Source: a virus. Taken from it: DNA of 64,000 nt. Location: positions 1-64,000 of the IMG/VR virus record IMGVR_UViG_3300046171_000110; one strand, written 5' to 3'. Under the pieces are notes generated by a model. The model saw nothing but the letters and a program-made list of their open reading frames with translations, was not told the DNA's origin and searched no databases. Position numbers and translations under genes: made by a program. The stretch's first letter is position 1; every line of letters begins with the position of its first letter. Positions 37,483-51,400 of this stretch are shown here, piece after piece.

Positions 37483-37841
37483 TGTCCCACCTCGATTATT
37501 GCTGAGAATTTAATTTCATTGTTAGCAGTCTTTTCTATAGAATTGTAAGTGTATCTACAGAAGTCAGTTGTGTCTGTAGAGTCAGTTGGATTCTTATATC
37601 TAATAACCACTTCTCTCAAAGGTAGCGTGAAACTCACATCTAATGACAGTTTTGCTTCAACCGACAGCGTGTTATCGTCTATAACCTTGACATCGGGTGT
37701 AACGACCACTGCTGGCCTACCTATACCCCCATCCTGCTGGGTGGCGACTGTTCCGTCGAACCCAAACACTACTTCGTTTATTCTCGCTCTCAATGTATCT
37801 ATCAAAAATCTGGCTCCTTCATTTAGTACGGGCACTATCAT
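37479..37841 (-). CDS. Small virion structural protein
   Basis: Coupled ORF; beta-rich. Confidence 0.7.
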   Translation of the reverse strand: MIVPVLNEGARFLIDTLRARINEVVFGFDGTVATQQDGGIGRPAVVVTPDVKVIDDNTLSVEAKLSLDVSFTLPLREVVIRYKNPTDSTDTTDFCRYTYNSIEKTANNEIKFSAIIEVGQ

Positions 37842-39490
37842 CCTCTCCTTGTCTTAGAATATTTAGTCTGAACAACGCCTATCTTGAGATAGTCGTTTCT
37901 GGATTCTGGTAAAGTGTCTGGCAGCAGGTACAGTTCTTCATTGTTTAACACTGGATGAACGCTTCTTGATTTGATAACAACTGTGGTCGCACCTATACTA
38001 GCAGCATGTATGTGACCAAGTTTGTTACCACTACTAGTATAGACTGCTTGGTTATCCGTAGTGAAAACACTGGTGGCATTTACTCCATCTACTGTAAAGG
38101 ATGTCGTACCAATTGCATAACCACCTCCGTTGTTTATCAAAACACCTGTACTTTCTAGTCTACGACCTCCATGTATAGTGTCTCTGTTAGGCTGACCAAG
38201 ATTAAATCCTACTCCTCTGTTAGAATCTACCCTTTCAGCGATTTGCCAACTGACCTTTATCTTCAAACCAAAAGATGTGCTGAATTCTTCGACGCTAAAC
38301 TGTCTATTCCTGTCAAAGTTGTCATCTAGCGTACTACTGATGTCTACTTCTTGGAATTTCTGCAAAACATCCTCAAGTGTACCGTCAACCGAGTTGACAT
38401 GAAGGTCTGACTTGCGATTTATTAAATCATAAGTGCCGCTTAGCACTATTTTCTTCTCACTGTCGTGTCTAGCCTGATAACTTACCAAATCACCGGGCTG
38501 AACGGCAGTTCCTGCCAAAACATCACTATATTTCTTAGAACCAGTGGCCTTTTTAGCCATTCTCAACATATTCTGACCTATTTTTCTGGCACTAGCCTTA
38601 GTTAGAGCAGTCGGAGCCGATATTCCACCCGGTACTTCGTTTACGGTGTCTACTTGAGTGCCAAAATCGTCTACTTGGACTACATTGTGGTCATTATTAG
38701 CCCTCGACTTACCTCTAACTACCACTCTGTTAGGTACAGCGTCATTATTGTTCTCAGATGCACCCCCAGACACTCTATTTTCATTTAAGAAGTGCTCTCT
38801 TTCTACCTGAGTCTGAGGTACATAGAGCAAATTGCCAAATCTGTCGCCTCTAGGCGAGTAATAATCGTGCTTAGACAGATATCTGAGAGCAGTAATCGAA
38901 TCAACACCGTAAAAGTCCATAGCCAAGAAAGTTCCACTGGGTGTAGCGGCCTTTATTCCGTTGATTGAACTCTTAGAGGAGTTACCTACCTTGATTGCTA
39001 GGTCAGAAGTCCGTAGCCCTACTCCCACTTTCTGAGCAAAACGGATAGTTTTGTCAGTAAAGCCTAGGTCATGTAACTTTCTACCCTTCAAGTTCTCTAT
39101 TCCGTACCTGTTACCCTTGTTTGATGTCTTGATTTCGGACATAACCAGTGCTTGGGTATGGTTCTCACTACCAACAGCCAGCGCAGGTAGCGTACTAGTA
39201 GTGGTCACTTTGTCACCATCATAAAACAAAGAGCCTTCATAGGTCATACTGTCTGTCGGATTGTGAAGCAAACGGATAGTATCTTCTTCCTCGATGAGTT
39301 TGTATCTGCGCTCAGGTGTAGGTATGAAGTCCGTTTTGGTAGGTTTGTTAGCCGCAAAGCCAGCCTTTACTTTGGTGTATTGGGCGTGGCGTACAGCGTT
39401 ATCAACAAAGCGTGGCTTACGAATCTTCTTCATCACAGTGTCCTGAGCAGCGTCTGCTCGACCTGTTGATTGATTCTTACCCAGTGCCAT
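37838..39490 (-). CDS. Tail/baseplate hub-like protein
   Basis: NRVVVRG...VQPGDLV pattern typical of tail hub proteins. Confidence 0.6.
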   Translation of the reverse strand: MALGKNQSTGRADAAQDTVMKKIRKPRFVDNAVRHAQYTKVKAGFAANKPTKTDFIPTPERRYKLIEEEDTIRLLHNPTDSMTYEGSLFYDGDKVTTTSTLPALAVGSENHTQALVMSEIKTSNKGNRYGIENLKGRKLHDLGFTDKTIRFAQKVGVGLRTSDLAIKVGNSSKSSINGIKAATPSGTFLAMDFYGVDSITALRYLSKHDYYSPRGDRFGNLLYVPQTQVEREHFLNENRVSGGASENNNDAVPNRVVVRGKSRANNDHNVVQVDDFGTQVDTVNEVPGGISAPTALTKASARKIGQNMLRMAKKATGSKKYSDVLAGTAVQPGDLVSYQARHDSEKKIVLSGTYDLINRKSDLHVNSVDGTLEDVLQKFQEVDISSTLDDNFDRNRQFSVEEFSTSFGLKIKVSWQIAERVDSNRGVGFNLGQPNRDTIHGGRRLESTGVLINNGGGYAIGTTSFTVDGVNATSVFTTDNQAVYTSSGNKLGHIHAASIGATTVVIKSRSVHPVLNNEELYLLPDTLPESRNDYLKIGVVQTKYSKTRRG

Positions 39491-39492
39491 GT

Positions 39493-42400
39493 TCACTCCC
39501 CACTATGGTCCCCTGTATTATAAGATGCATCCCCTTTGCTGCCCTTTGGATGTAGCGTCTGGCTGTGTCTTGGCTGAACACTGTAATCACCCTCATCATC
39601 ATCTATAGAACGACGACTTGCGTCGGCTCGGAAGTGCTCAAGGGTGTTTTCTGACATGACCATTCTGGCGACTGGGCTAGTGATATCTGACTTGTCGTAA
39701 CCTGTGACATCGACACCGGGTATGTTCGGCCCTTGACTGACAGGCACAGTTGTACTGGTCGCTGGGTCTACTGTATAGACAGGTGCGTAAGGTGGGCTAC
39801 TTGGTGTACCTGTTCTAGCACCCGGTGCATCACTAGTAAACATACCATACTTACCGCCAGCAGTAGCCCTGTAGAAGTTTGAGTTTTCTTGAGGGCTTCT
39901 ATATTTCAGCGCTACATAAGACCTGAACATCTGACTGTGTTTGAAGTCAAGTCCAAACGCTGGTCTGTACAAGAATTGTATGTTGCTGTCAGAGTTATTT
40001 ATGTTTTGAGATATAGGGTCGTGGTCATCATCTTGGTAAGGGTTGGAAGGGTTCCAAGTACTTTGAGATATACTGATATTATAACGAATACTTAGATAAC
40101 CCTCTACTAAATTCATCTCGGCTTCTGTTAATTTTCTATTGTAGTGTATAACTTCCGCAATTTTACCTATTAATGGTGCGGAAACTGTACCTAATGTACC
40201 TATACTTTGAGGGTCAGCAGTAGATTTGTAAAAATTAGGTGTTAAAGTTTGTACTGGTGTTCCATCAACTCTTAGCGTTTGTGCGGTTACAGTTCCACTT
40301 GCACCATTACCACCTTCTACAAACATAGTAAGTAAATCCGGTTGATTGAGAGTTATACTACCTACTGCTGATTTAGCCGCACTCCAAGATGTTTTCGCAC
40401 CAGCCCAAAATTCCCATTGATTATTACCACCCGTCATGTCTGCGTACAAATTAAAACCCGACCTTGTAACAGGAGAGGAACTTCTACTTTCATATCCTAA
40501 TTGATTAGCGTCATTATCATTAGTTACTGACATAACCATGAATATAGTAAATTCATTGGTGTTTAAATTAACATCAAAAGGAAGAGTTAGTTGGTCGCCA
40601 CCATCAAAACTTAAACATGGTCTATTATTGAATGTTGCATCGGTGGCTACAAATGTTGGTTTCTTTGAAGCAGTAGTTTGTGTGAAATCTCTACCGTCAC
40701 CACTTTGGTCTTTCCATTCGGAAATAGCATCCCCGTTGTCTACATCAATAGAGTCGGCTCTCAGCCAAAGAGCCAAACCGTTTTGTGGTATCTGTTGACC
40801 CCACCCTTTGACATCTAGGTTACCAGCGTGTTTGTTCCAGTCCATCACATAAGTACCGCCAAGTGGCCACATAGCGTGTGCATCAGAGTGTTTGACGACA
40901 CCAGTGACAGGAGCAGCGCTCCAATCAAGGGCAGTCATATCTAAGTCCTTGAGAGTTCTGCTTCCAAAGTTATATGCTCCTCTGATGTTAGTCCTTTGTC
41001 CAACTTCCCTATCTGTATGTAGACTATGGGCTTCTGTTGACATGACGATGTATTCTCTACTTACGCCGTCGTTTAGTTCAGCAATAGTATCTACATCTAG
41101 CCCCAATCTGACATCATCTCTTGATACAGGCTCGGCACCTCTAGTATCTGCGTTGACAGTTTCGATGGCCTCACCAACATGTGCACTAGGCTTGAGTAAC
41201 CCGTCATCGGAATCTAAGTCTACTCTATCGCTGATGCCTCTTTCGATTTCACCAGCCTGCAATGTCTCGTTGCTTGGTCTGACCAAACCTTGTCCGTAGA
41301 CAGGTTCGGCTGTGTTACTTGATAGTACAAGTCCAGTAGCGTCATGATTTTCGCTGACAGCCATAAGTAGACTTTCGTTGAAGACTGTAGGCCATCTACA
41401 GCCTCTACCGTCTCCTCGGTCACCGACTCTCAGCATACTTGCTGGATTAAACCAGTCAACGGTTCCCATGTTGGTGCCGTCGTTATTGACTGTATTCGCA
41501 TTACCACTTTGTCTGTCATTACCGTCGCCACCAAACAAACCATTTGCAGCGGGTCTGTGAGTGACATTCGTATCTTTGTAAGCATCTTCTGGGTCCCAAG
41601 AAGGCCGTAGCCCGAATCCTCTTACAGGGAAACGCCTGACATCTTCACCGCGAGTGTTGCCCCACCAGTCGACCATGTAATGTCTGTGGGCTTGCGACAA
41701 CTCTTCGATACCTTGTCCTTCTTCATCATTAGGGAAGAAACGAGTTACAGTAGATGCATTTCTTGCAGTTCTAACTGGGCAACCAAACGGCCCTGTCATT
41801 CTTCTACCATCACTGTATCTGACCTGACGACCAAGTTGGTCTTGTCCAAGTAGACTAGAAACTTGCGTTATTCTCTCAAGTATACCTACATACAGTGCAT
41901 TGAAATCGACATCTGTTTGACCGCTGATACTACCTACATAATCCCAGCCATTTGTCTTAGAATCTTGTTGGATTAGCGGCCCGTTGTAGTATCCAAGCAT
42001 AGCGTTTGAATTGGCTACTTCTAACCAACCACGAATGTAAGGAGACCACCTTGGTCTGTTATACAGTTGCCTAACCGCCATTCTATAACCAAAACATCTG
42101 TTTCTATCGTTGGGCAAAGATAGCGTAGCAACTCCAGTTGAGTCTTGATATGTCTCACAGTCCATGCCAAAGGTATCACTACCCCAACCCATTAGTGAAT
42201 GCCCATATGATTCGAGTCTACTAACAGCACCTGCACCGTGGCTTCCACCCGGCCAAAATCCAAAGAAATTGTATTTGTTGGAGCCGACTGTACCTCCTTG
42301 ATGCGTCAGGGCTGAATCAGCGTCGATTTCTGAAGCGGTGAACGCTTCACCCGTCCCTTCCCTTAGAGTGCTCGTTGAAATACTGATTTCCATGATTGGG

Positions 42401-45400
42401 AAACGATTAGTGGTACTGGCTCCGTCTACTCCGTTGACAGTTGATGGACTTGGGTTGTTAGACATCTTACTGTCATCAATAACACCGTAAAGAGTAGAAA
42501 CATACAATTTTGTCCCATCGTCACTCCAATCAATACCCGAAATCCAAGGAGTAGCATCACTGCCGGATTGAGAAACCGAAGCGCTTTTGTTAAGGAAATA
42601 AGTACGCAAATCAAGCGTCACATCCAAACTGAAAGTAGAGGTGTCATAAGGTGTAGACAGAGTGTACTCTCGAACATAACCGCCCGCCCCACTCAACCAC
42701 ATCTTTGTACCGTCCGAATTGAACAGTACATCGCTGATTGTATTTGCACTAATTGAAGCAGAACTACCTTCTGAATCACCACTCGCTACAACATAAGCAG
42801 TGGTTGTAGTGAATTGTCGTAAGGCAGAACCATAAGCCATGTAGTACTTACTACCGTCGTTGTTCCATGCTACGGCCCTTACTCTGCTACCACCCGATGA
42901 CTTTTGCGAACCGTTGAGTGAAATAGTTGTCAGGTCAAACGGCGTGCGAAGTGTGGCACTTCGCACACCTGCGCCGTGGAAGTTAGCAATTATCATCTTG
43001 GTACCAGTCGGGTCAATGTCAAAGCCGTCACAACTGTTAATATCGGAATCACCTATACCTGAACTCTGTTGGTCGTATGTACCATTGGTATTTGCAATGT
43101 CAATTTTAGAGAAAAGAATGTTGTCCGTATCGTAGTCGTTGTTGTTACCACGGTTAGAAGTAATGATGTCATCTCCCACTACACGAATTCCTGTCATCCA
43201 TGTGGTCGTGTTTGCAATCTGTTGGAAGTTAATACCTACACGGTTGGCAGTAATCCCTACCGAATTGGATACGGCTTGTAGTGAATATGAGTCAGTCTCG
43301 ATGACGGGTGGCTTAATCCACTTCATACCTAGCGCAAACGGACCCTTACTAGCGACATAATTGAAATCATGATAATGTATAGTCTCGAAATGCTCTGGTA
43401 CATGGTTGTACGGTTTTTGGTCTACAGGTGTATCAGCGGTACCTGCTTTGGTATAAATAGCCCTAGAAGAGTCGTCGCTGTACCAAGTAAATGGTCTACC
43501 TAGATTAGGGTGCCACATACAAAGGAAAGCGTCAGCAGGATGTAAGGAATTAGTATCTCTACTACCGTTAGCCAGTTGAGGTAAGTTTCTCGTCAGTAGG
43601 CTTGTTTCCGAATCTAAGTAAAGTGCGTCAGAAATATCATTATCGTAAGGTCTACTTAACTTCAATATAATTTCTTCACTAGTGTTTATATTTGCCCAGA
43701 AACCAGTAGTTATTTCTGTAACTCCGTCGAATGCTGCTGTTGCACCTAGGCTTCCTGTAGCAAGTGTACCTCTAACATCTGTGTAAGAAGCAGTATATCT
43801 TTTACCGTCTCTTGTATATTCTAATACTTCTCCGTAATAAGGATAAACAGGGAACAAGTCAGCGTTGTCTACCAATATTTCGCCGGAGCGTACTTCTGCA
43901 TAAAGCACTACGCAGTGAGGGTTCAAACTTCTGACTCTCTTATGCGGTTCGTATATGTCAAGGAAAGATGTAGGGTATCCGGCCAAAGTAATCTGAGCGC
44001 CAACGGCACCGTAACCTGCTCTACACAACTCGTAATAATTATCAGGTTTATACCACTCAAGGTGTTTGAATTTGCTCGCACCACTAGCAGTCGCACCGTC
44101 TTTGTGCAGTATACTCCACCATGGTATGGTCAAGGTTCTACCCGGAGTAGAACTTACAAACATACCCGGCCTGTAAGGTAGGCTTCTTCTAGTAAAGGAA
44201 GGGCTGGTAGATTCTTGTACACCAAGTGGATTGTAAAGTGCCAAAGGCGGAAGAGAAGCAAACTGACTGCCGGGGTCGGGGTCAATATCCAATATGACTT
44301 CGTTAAGTATTACTTCACATCCTCTTACATCGGCCATCATAGCCTCGGCTAAGATAAGTGCATAAGCACCTCTGGTGTCGACATTCTTTTCTATGGCAAT
44401 AACTGTGTTAACTTGCTGACCTGTCAGTTCAGTTACCTTTGCACCAGCCTCGCTAGGTGCCTTTATAGCGTCACTATGATTTTGATGGAAACCTTGTAAC
44501 TGTTGCTTAAACACATTCGGCTGAATGATAATCTGGTAAGAACCTACTTCCAGCGGGTCTGGGAAGTGATTGTTCATAGTGTATGTAGCCGCTGCTTCGA
44601 GAACAAGCGTATGCCCTCCTGCTGCGTTTATGTCACCTGCGTCAGTACCTACACTGGCTGCTATACCGTATCCTTCATACTTTAGTTTGGTCTCGGTAAG
44701 TAGCGTAAACGCACCACCGTGTATGTCACTTGGTCCATACGCTGCACTCGCTGCTGAAAACCACAACAACGGGTCTCTAGTAAATCCTTTAGTGGTTACA
44801 TCTTCTGAATCCAAACCTAGTCTACTCGCTTCTATAGTCCCAATCAAGTCACTGTCAAAGGGAGAATAACTAGAACTTTTACAAGCAGTGTGTAAGTCGT
44901 ATATTCTTTGATAAGCAGGGTGAGCATAATGTCCGGGCATCAATGCCATGCTCGGAGTGACATAGTGGTGACCCATTCTTGGTATAGGCATAGGTGTCAT
45001 TTTTGGTGCGCTGATTGCAGAGTGCGGAGTCTTAGCAGCACTTCCTAATAACTCTGAGTTATTAGTAGGTAGAGCGCTATACATCCCATGCCAATTTATT
45101 TTTTGCATATCTGGACTTGCACCACTATACTCACTGTGGTCTCTTAGTCTGCGAGCAGCAAACATTCTTGTTGTTCCAGCAGGGACATAATAAGAAGGAG
45201 TAACTTTCAATCCAGTCTTACCAGTTACAAATGACTTAAATTCAGGTGATACTACAACACCTGTGAATTTATTTGTACCCTTACCTGTATAAGATGCAAT
45301 TACACCTTTGTCAGTAGTAGGGTCGTAAACTCTTAGGAAGTATCTACTGCCGCTTTGTTCACTTGTGTCTACCCAAGTAGTATCTTCGGGAGTAGAGTCA

Positions 45401-48400
45401 ACATCAATCTCATTGTTAGTTTCGTCGTAAGCAGTAAATGACAACTCATCTAAATCGTACCGATGTGTCATAGTTGCCCCCATTCTGGTTACATGGAAAT
45501 ACAAAGACCTGTCGTGAGGTTCAAATGAAGACTTGAGAGGGTTGTTGTCGGTGTGGTCATGCCAACCTTCTTTGTTAGAAGCAGGGAACTTTAACCTACT
45601 GTTGGCTTGAGCCAACGAGATATCGTCGCTATCTTGACTGAGGTGTTCCCAACCATTGTTTTCCCATGTCGGCCAAACTCTTGGTCCAGCATATTCATGG
45701 TCGAACATTTGTCTTATCTGGGTTATATTTTGAGCAGGATGATGCAGACCGCCAGAACCAATCGTTTCGTTTTGATAAGCCTGTATTCTGTCAAATCCTG
45801 ACCTAATTACGATGTTACCCGGTACTTCGTCTGGATTTGGTAATCTAATTTTGAGATTTGGATTTACACCAGCACCGGCTAGAGCAGGTGCTAAGCCTTC
45901 TATTTCTCTGTCACTAATGTGCCTAAAGTCCATAATGACAGTACCGAAAGGAGAGCCGCCTTCTATCCTGTGCTCTTGACCTGTGTCGTCAATTACTTTT
46001 ACGCTGTCAAACTGTAAATGCTCGTTTGGTATAAGTAAGGCATTTCTTACTTCAAGAGGATGCTGCTCTGCCAACTGAGGATGCCCTAGTTCCTGTGCTT
46101 GGATGATTGGGAACATAGCGGCATTTGTAGTCTCAAAACTAAATCTTACATTACCAAGTATTTTTTCTCCTACTAGTTTGTAATCGGTAGCACTGCTATC
46201 TTTTCTTTTAACCCAAGGAATCATACCAAGACCTCTAGCATTAACAGCAGGCATGGTTAGACTACCGCCATCCATACGCTTCCAAACGACATGTTCAGGT
46301 AGGAAATTTCTTGCTGCGCTTCTCTTGTTGTAATAACCAAACAAACCAGTATGACCTTGGTTAGCGGCTGAATCTAAGTAGTGGTCTTGTCCAGTTATAC
46401 CAACGCACTCGGTAGCATAAGTACCTGCATACTCTGACAATGTATTACTCGGTAACAAACTTTCATCCCAAAACAAATCACCTGTAGGATATCTACAAGC
46501 GTTGGCTCTTACCATGTCGCCGCTTTGGAAAGCCCTGTGCCACTTATTGTCAGCCGGTAAAGCGTTTCCAGCAGGGTAATCTCCAGCGACCACTGGGACA
46601 AACTGACTGCTGTGTATCTGTACTTCTACATGAGGACCAGCAGTAGCGGGTCCGACATATCGGTCTTTGTTGTGAACTTTTCCGGTATCCCAAGCAATTG
46701 TTCCAACGCCGTTACTGCTATCTGTTTGGTTGGCAATCAGTAAATCACCTGTACAAGTTGTTCCGTTACGGTCAGCCTTGGCAATCAAAGGTAATTCACT
46801 TTCGTGACTAATCACAATCAAGTGCCTACTGGCTAAACCAGTAACACAATAATCAGATGTAAATGTATTAGCAGCAGTTTCTCCAGTAACAGTTACAGGT
46901 GCAGAGCCAGTCAAACAAGTCTCTGCTGCGCCGTATGGGTTGAAGCCTAAGAAAGGATGCCAAGCACCCAATCCAGCAGCGTAAGTATTACTACCCAAAT
47001 CTAATGAGTTAAAGTAAGAATATCTCTCACCATGCCACCCTACTGCACCCACTGGTCTAGTCCGGTCTACAGCGTCAACAAATCCACTAAAGTGAACCTG
47101 ACACATGTGGTCTCTTGAAGTGTTAGCCGAATCGTTATTATGCCTATGAGTTCCTGCCTTTGTCCAAACATAAGCCTCGTAAGTCACTCTGCTGTCATAA
47201 GTAAATGCGCTACTGTCATCAGGGTTAATTAAATTAGTAGAGCCTCCATCAGGACTCTTTGCTAATGTCAAAGTCAAGTTGGGTGAAGAATATGATGTAC
47301 TTATGTAAGGAGCATAATGGGCATCAGTGCCGTCGCTAACTCTTACCCACCCGTAATTTGGTAACTTGTCATAACTACCGTCTATAACTAAACTAGCAGG
47401 AGTGCCTCCGCTTTCAGCAGTGTAAGAAACAATAGAAGCCTTAACCCAACCATATCTATCTTGCTTGTGAGCGTTTTGCATAGAAGGCATAAATGTACCA
47501 CCCATTGCCTTAAGGGGGTCTTTACCGGGGAATGTGTTGATTGATGCGCTGATAATTGTAGCCAACTCTTCTGCGTTTTGAACACGAGTTGCGTCGACAA
47601 TCACTATGTTTTCATTGACTACCTGATTAGTAGGGGTTTCTCCATAGAAGGCTAAGTAAGCCTGTGCTAACAAACCACAGGGTCTGAATGCAGATACATT
47701 GTGAGCAGCACCGCTACCAGTATCTAGTCTTACCCCTAGAGGGTGATTAGGGTTTTTACTTACACAGTTGTCTAAGAAGTGACCGCCCGGATGATATCCA
47801 CCATCCATATGCCATACGACAGCAGATTTTCTTGTAGTTAAATGACTAGAACTACCTACCGCATTACTACTTATGTCACTAAATACATGGTTAAATGGAT
47901 GATAATGCTTAGGTAAGTTAGCAGTGGTGGCTACGCTACCATCGTAATAGAAAGCCTTAGTATTGACTTGGTTGTAATTTTTAGTAGTACTGGCATCTTC
48001 TGATGGGAAACCTTTGGTAGGTTGCCAATTCATGACATAGTTAAATCCAGTTTCATTGTTTTTCTGGAAGAAGGTAGTCATAGGTAAGTGAGCCTCGGCG
48101 CTACCTCTGTTGAAACCACTGTGCTCAGTCGAGTCACCGTTAGCCAACTGATTAGGCAAGAAGGTATCTTTAGTAGCATCGCTATTGAAATGAATAGGGA
48201 CTGCGCTGTAGCCGTTACCTAGTGTAACTATACGAGAGCCTTGTGGTTCATGCGCTGCTGTGTTGTGTGGGAAAGCCTGACCGGGGCCAAATACCATGTA
48301 GGTAGTATGGTCTGTGACATCTCCTGACGGACTATATCTAGCGTGAGGATGAGCAAATCTCAAGACAATAGGGCTAGGAATGTTTGCGTTGACAGTATTT

Positions 48401-51400
48401 ATTCCGTCAGTGTAATCTATTCCTGTGACTTTGTTATTAGCAGTCTTTGTCATATCGAATGTCAACAGAGCATCTTGGTTAAAGAAAGGTGGATTATTCT
48501 GTCCTCGATGTTGGTCGAGATAAGGTGTACCGGGGAACATTGCCAACATAGCATTGGTATCTAACAATGCGTAAGAGCCAGCCACTTCTCCTATATTCTG
48601 CATACCTGCGCTACCTGTCGGTCCAGAAGAATACGGATGCGTGTAGAACTCACTGTAATCATTTTGAGTTCCGTCGTTAATATCTACAACAGCACCGCTG
48701 AATCCGCCGCCGAAGTAAAGCGGTACCCAGTGGTCAGGGCTGTCTCTACCGCCACGGAAATAAAGGAAAGGACTGGCTTTCTTACTACCTGCTCTTCTAA
48801 CACCATCTATTTCCTTACCATACCCGTTGCTACTGTAAGACTTGAATATAACATCATGGTTGTTAGGAGAAAAGTTTGCAGACTTAGCGATGATGTTTAC
48901 ATGAGTAACGCTAGATGTACCCGGCTTGCTTCTAACCTCAGCCCAATCAGTAGTACTATACCAAATCAAAAATGGTTGACCCCAACTGTTAGCGGCGTTA
49001 GATGCTAACTTACCAAACAAAGCCCAAGACTCATTACTAGCAGCATGGACCTCAGTAGAAGTAACATTGTGTATTTCGAGACAAGGAGCATCTACTCTCG
49101 GAATGATATGGTCACCTGCTACATCGGTGAAGTTTTCTCCTCTGAGATTTCTTTGCCAAGTAGTAATATCGACCATGTTGTTTTGACTGTCAACTAATAT
49201 AGGAGTAGCAGTGTTAGCATTAGAGCCTCGGTATTTAGTAGTGATATGTAGCACAGTGCTAGGGATGTAACCGATGTCTAGTCTTGTACCTGCATCTATT
49301 TCGCCTGTGCTCAGACCACCAGTGTGCTTACTCGATACAACTGAATCAGTAGAAGCACCTTCCAACAATCCCCAGTCTTTGCTTCTTGTCACCTCGAACA
49401 ATTTACTCAAGGCCACCTTTCTGTCTGCTCTGGTATGAATTCTAATAGCGGTAGGACTTACTCCCCATTCGCCTAAAGTTTGCCCGTCTGGTGCGAACAT
49501 GTTAGTACAATCGAAACTCGTAACATCCAATCCTTTTAATCCTGAATCAGGCATATTGATGGCATATTCGACTGCTGCGGCAATCACTTCGTCGGTCAGC
49601 AAAGAAGTAAAGTTGAGTCTAGGACTCATAAACCAATCACCGTTAGTATGACTGCTAGAGCCACCAATGACTCCAAAGAACTTGTGAGTACCACTGTAAT
49701 CGTTGTGCGTTCTACTAGTATAGTAGAAATTCAGACCTTGGTGGTCATTCGTAGTATCTGTACCGTGTTTAGAAAGTTGGAACATGCCGCTTTCTGGGAA
49801 TCCAAGATAACCCAGTATGTCAGGGTGAGTTTGCATTACTGCTGGTGCACTTGTGTCGTAAGGGGCATCTAGTACCACGGTCATCGTACCGCTTGAGTAA
49901 GATGTAGCAACCTCTACTCCGACAATTGGGGCAGGGTAATTGTTCCAAAGATTACCTTTTAATTTCTTGGGCGCTCCACCTGTCTTTTCTCCACACACCT
50001 CACCAGTACCGACCATATGCCTACCGATAGTAAAACCACCCTGACCTACATCTCTATCATCAAAATGGATGATGACTTCTTCATCAAGTGTAGCAGGCAA
50101 GTATGTATTGTCGTTAGCAAAACTTTGGCCAAACTGTCTGTAAACCATTCTAATTGTATGATTGTCTCCTCGGTGGTCGACGAACCTAAAGCCGTAAAGT
50201 GGATTGTTACCTATGTTTTCTTTCTTCATATCTACTTTTGGAATATAGCCGTCGTTACTACCATCAGTAGTGACTGTCATAGCATCTGATACATTTGATG
50301 GGTTACCGTATTTAGATAGGAAATGATTTTGAGTACCATCATTATCAAAGCCCCACTTACTTACATCAGGTGCCCAACCGGGTACTCCTGCTTGGGTCAA
50401 GCCACCAAAGTTAATTCTAGCCTTGGCTCTTGTACCTATCCTGAGTCCGTCTACTAAAGTAGAAGCAGGACTCTTGGTTTCAAACGATTCATTGAGTAAA
50501 GTATTACTATTCCTTCCGCTGACAACTTCTGTATTAGCAGACACTAATGCGCCTGCACTATCAGTTCTATCTGGTCCGAAATTCAAGTTGTTCAAGAATG
50601 GGTCACTAGGATTTTCTGGAGGTAAATGCTCTTTCAATGTCGTGATAGGCGCAAACGGTCTACCGAATCTGTTGATAGGCATAGGCGCAGGATGCATATT
50701 CTCTCCAGTCATCTCATCGGGCTGGCACCAATAGTTTCTGAAACGGCCACCGTGACCTATCAAAAACTGTGGTCTGTAAGGACTCTGTGCTTTACTACTG
50801 TCTAACCAAGTACAGAAATTACGACCAGCGGCACCCGGAATAGTAGAGTGTATTACTATAGAAAAGCCCGGATTATCTTCTGAGTCAAGAACGACTCTTC
50901 CAAGATGGGCACGAACATATCCCATGTGAGTACCACGGTCATGGCTTGAAAACGCTTTACTTGGGTCCCAGAAAGGCGCAGGGTCGTGTGTTGAAGCAGT
51001 AGCAGCGAAATCAGCATGAAGGTGAGTGGCCGCTGGGTCAATGTTCGTACTATAAGCATTTGACTTAGGTCCGGGGCTAGATAAGTCAAACTTAGAACTG
51101 TCACCTAAGAATTGGTCATTTGGTCTACGAGCGTGCGTCTTACCGTTTTTGGCACCGGCTTGGTTGATTAGTCTAACCACTTCTCTAGCAGCAGACTCTA
51201 TGTTAGTCACACCGTCTTTAAGGCGTACTTCTCCTAAATCTAGGGTTAATCTTCTGACGAAATCCATATCAGTCCATTGGTCTAAATACTGCAATCTCGC
51301 CTCAGTATGTGAAGTTAAATCTAATACTGAGTTCCTAATACCTTTCATGGCTAAGAAAGCAGGTATGACTCTAGTACCGTCTGGGGTATCAAAGAAAGTA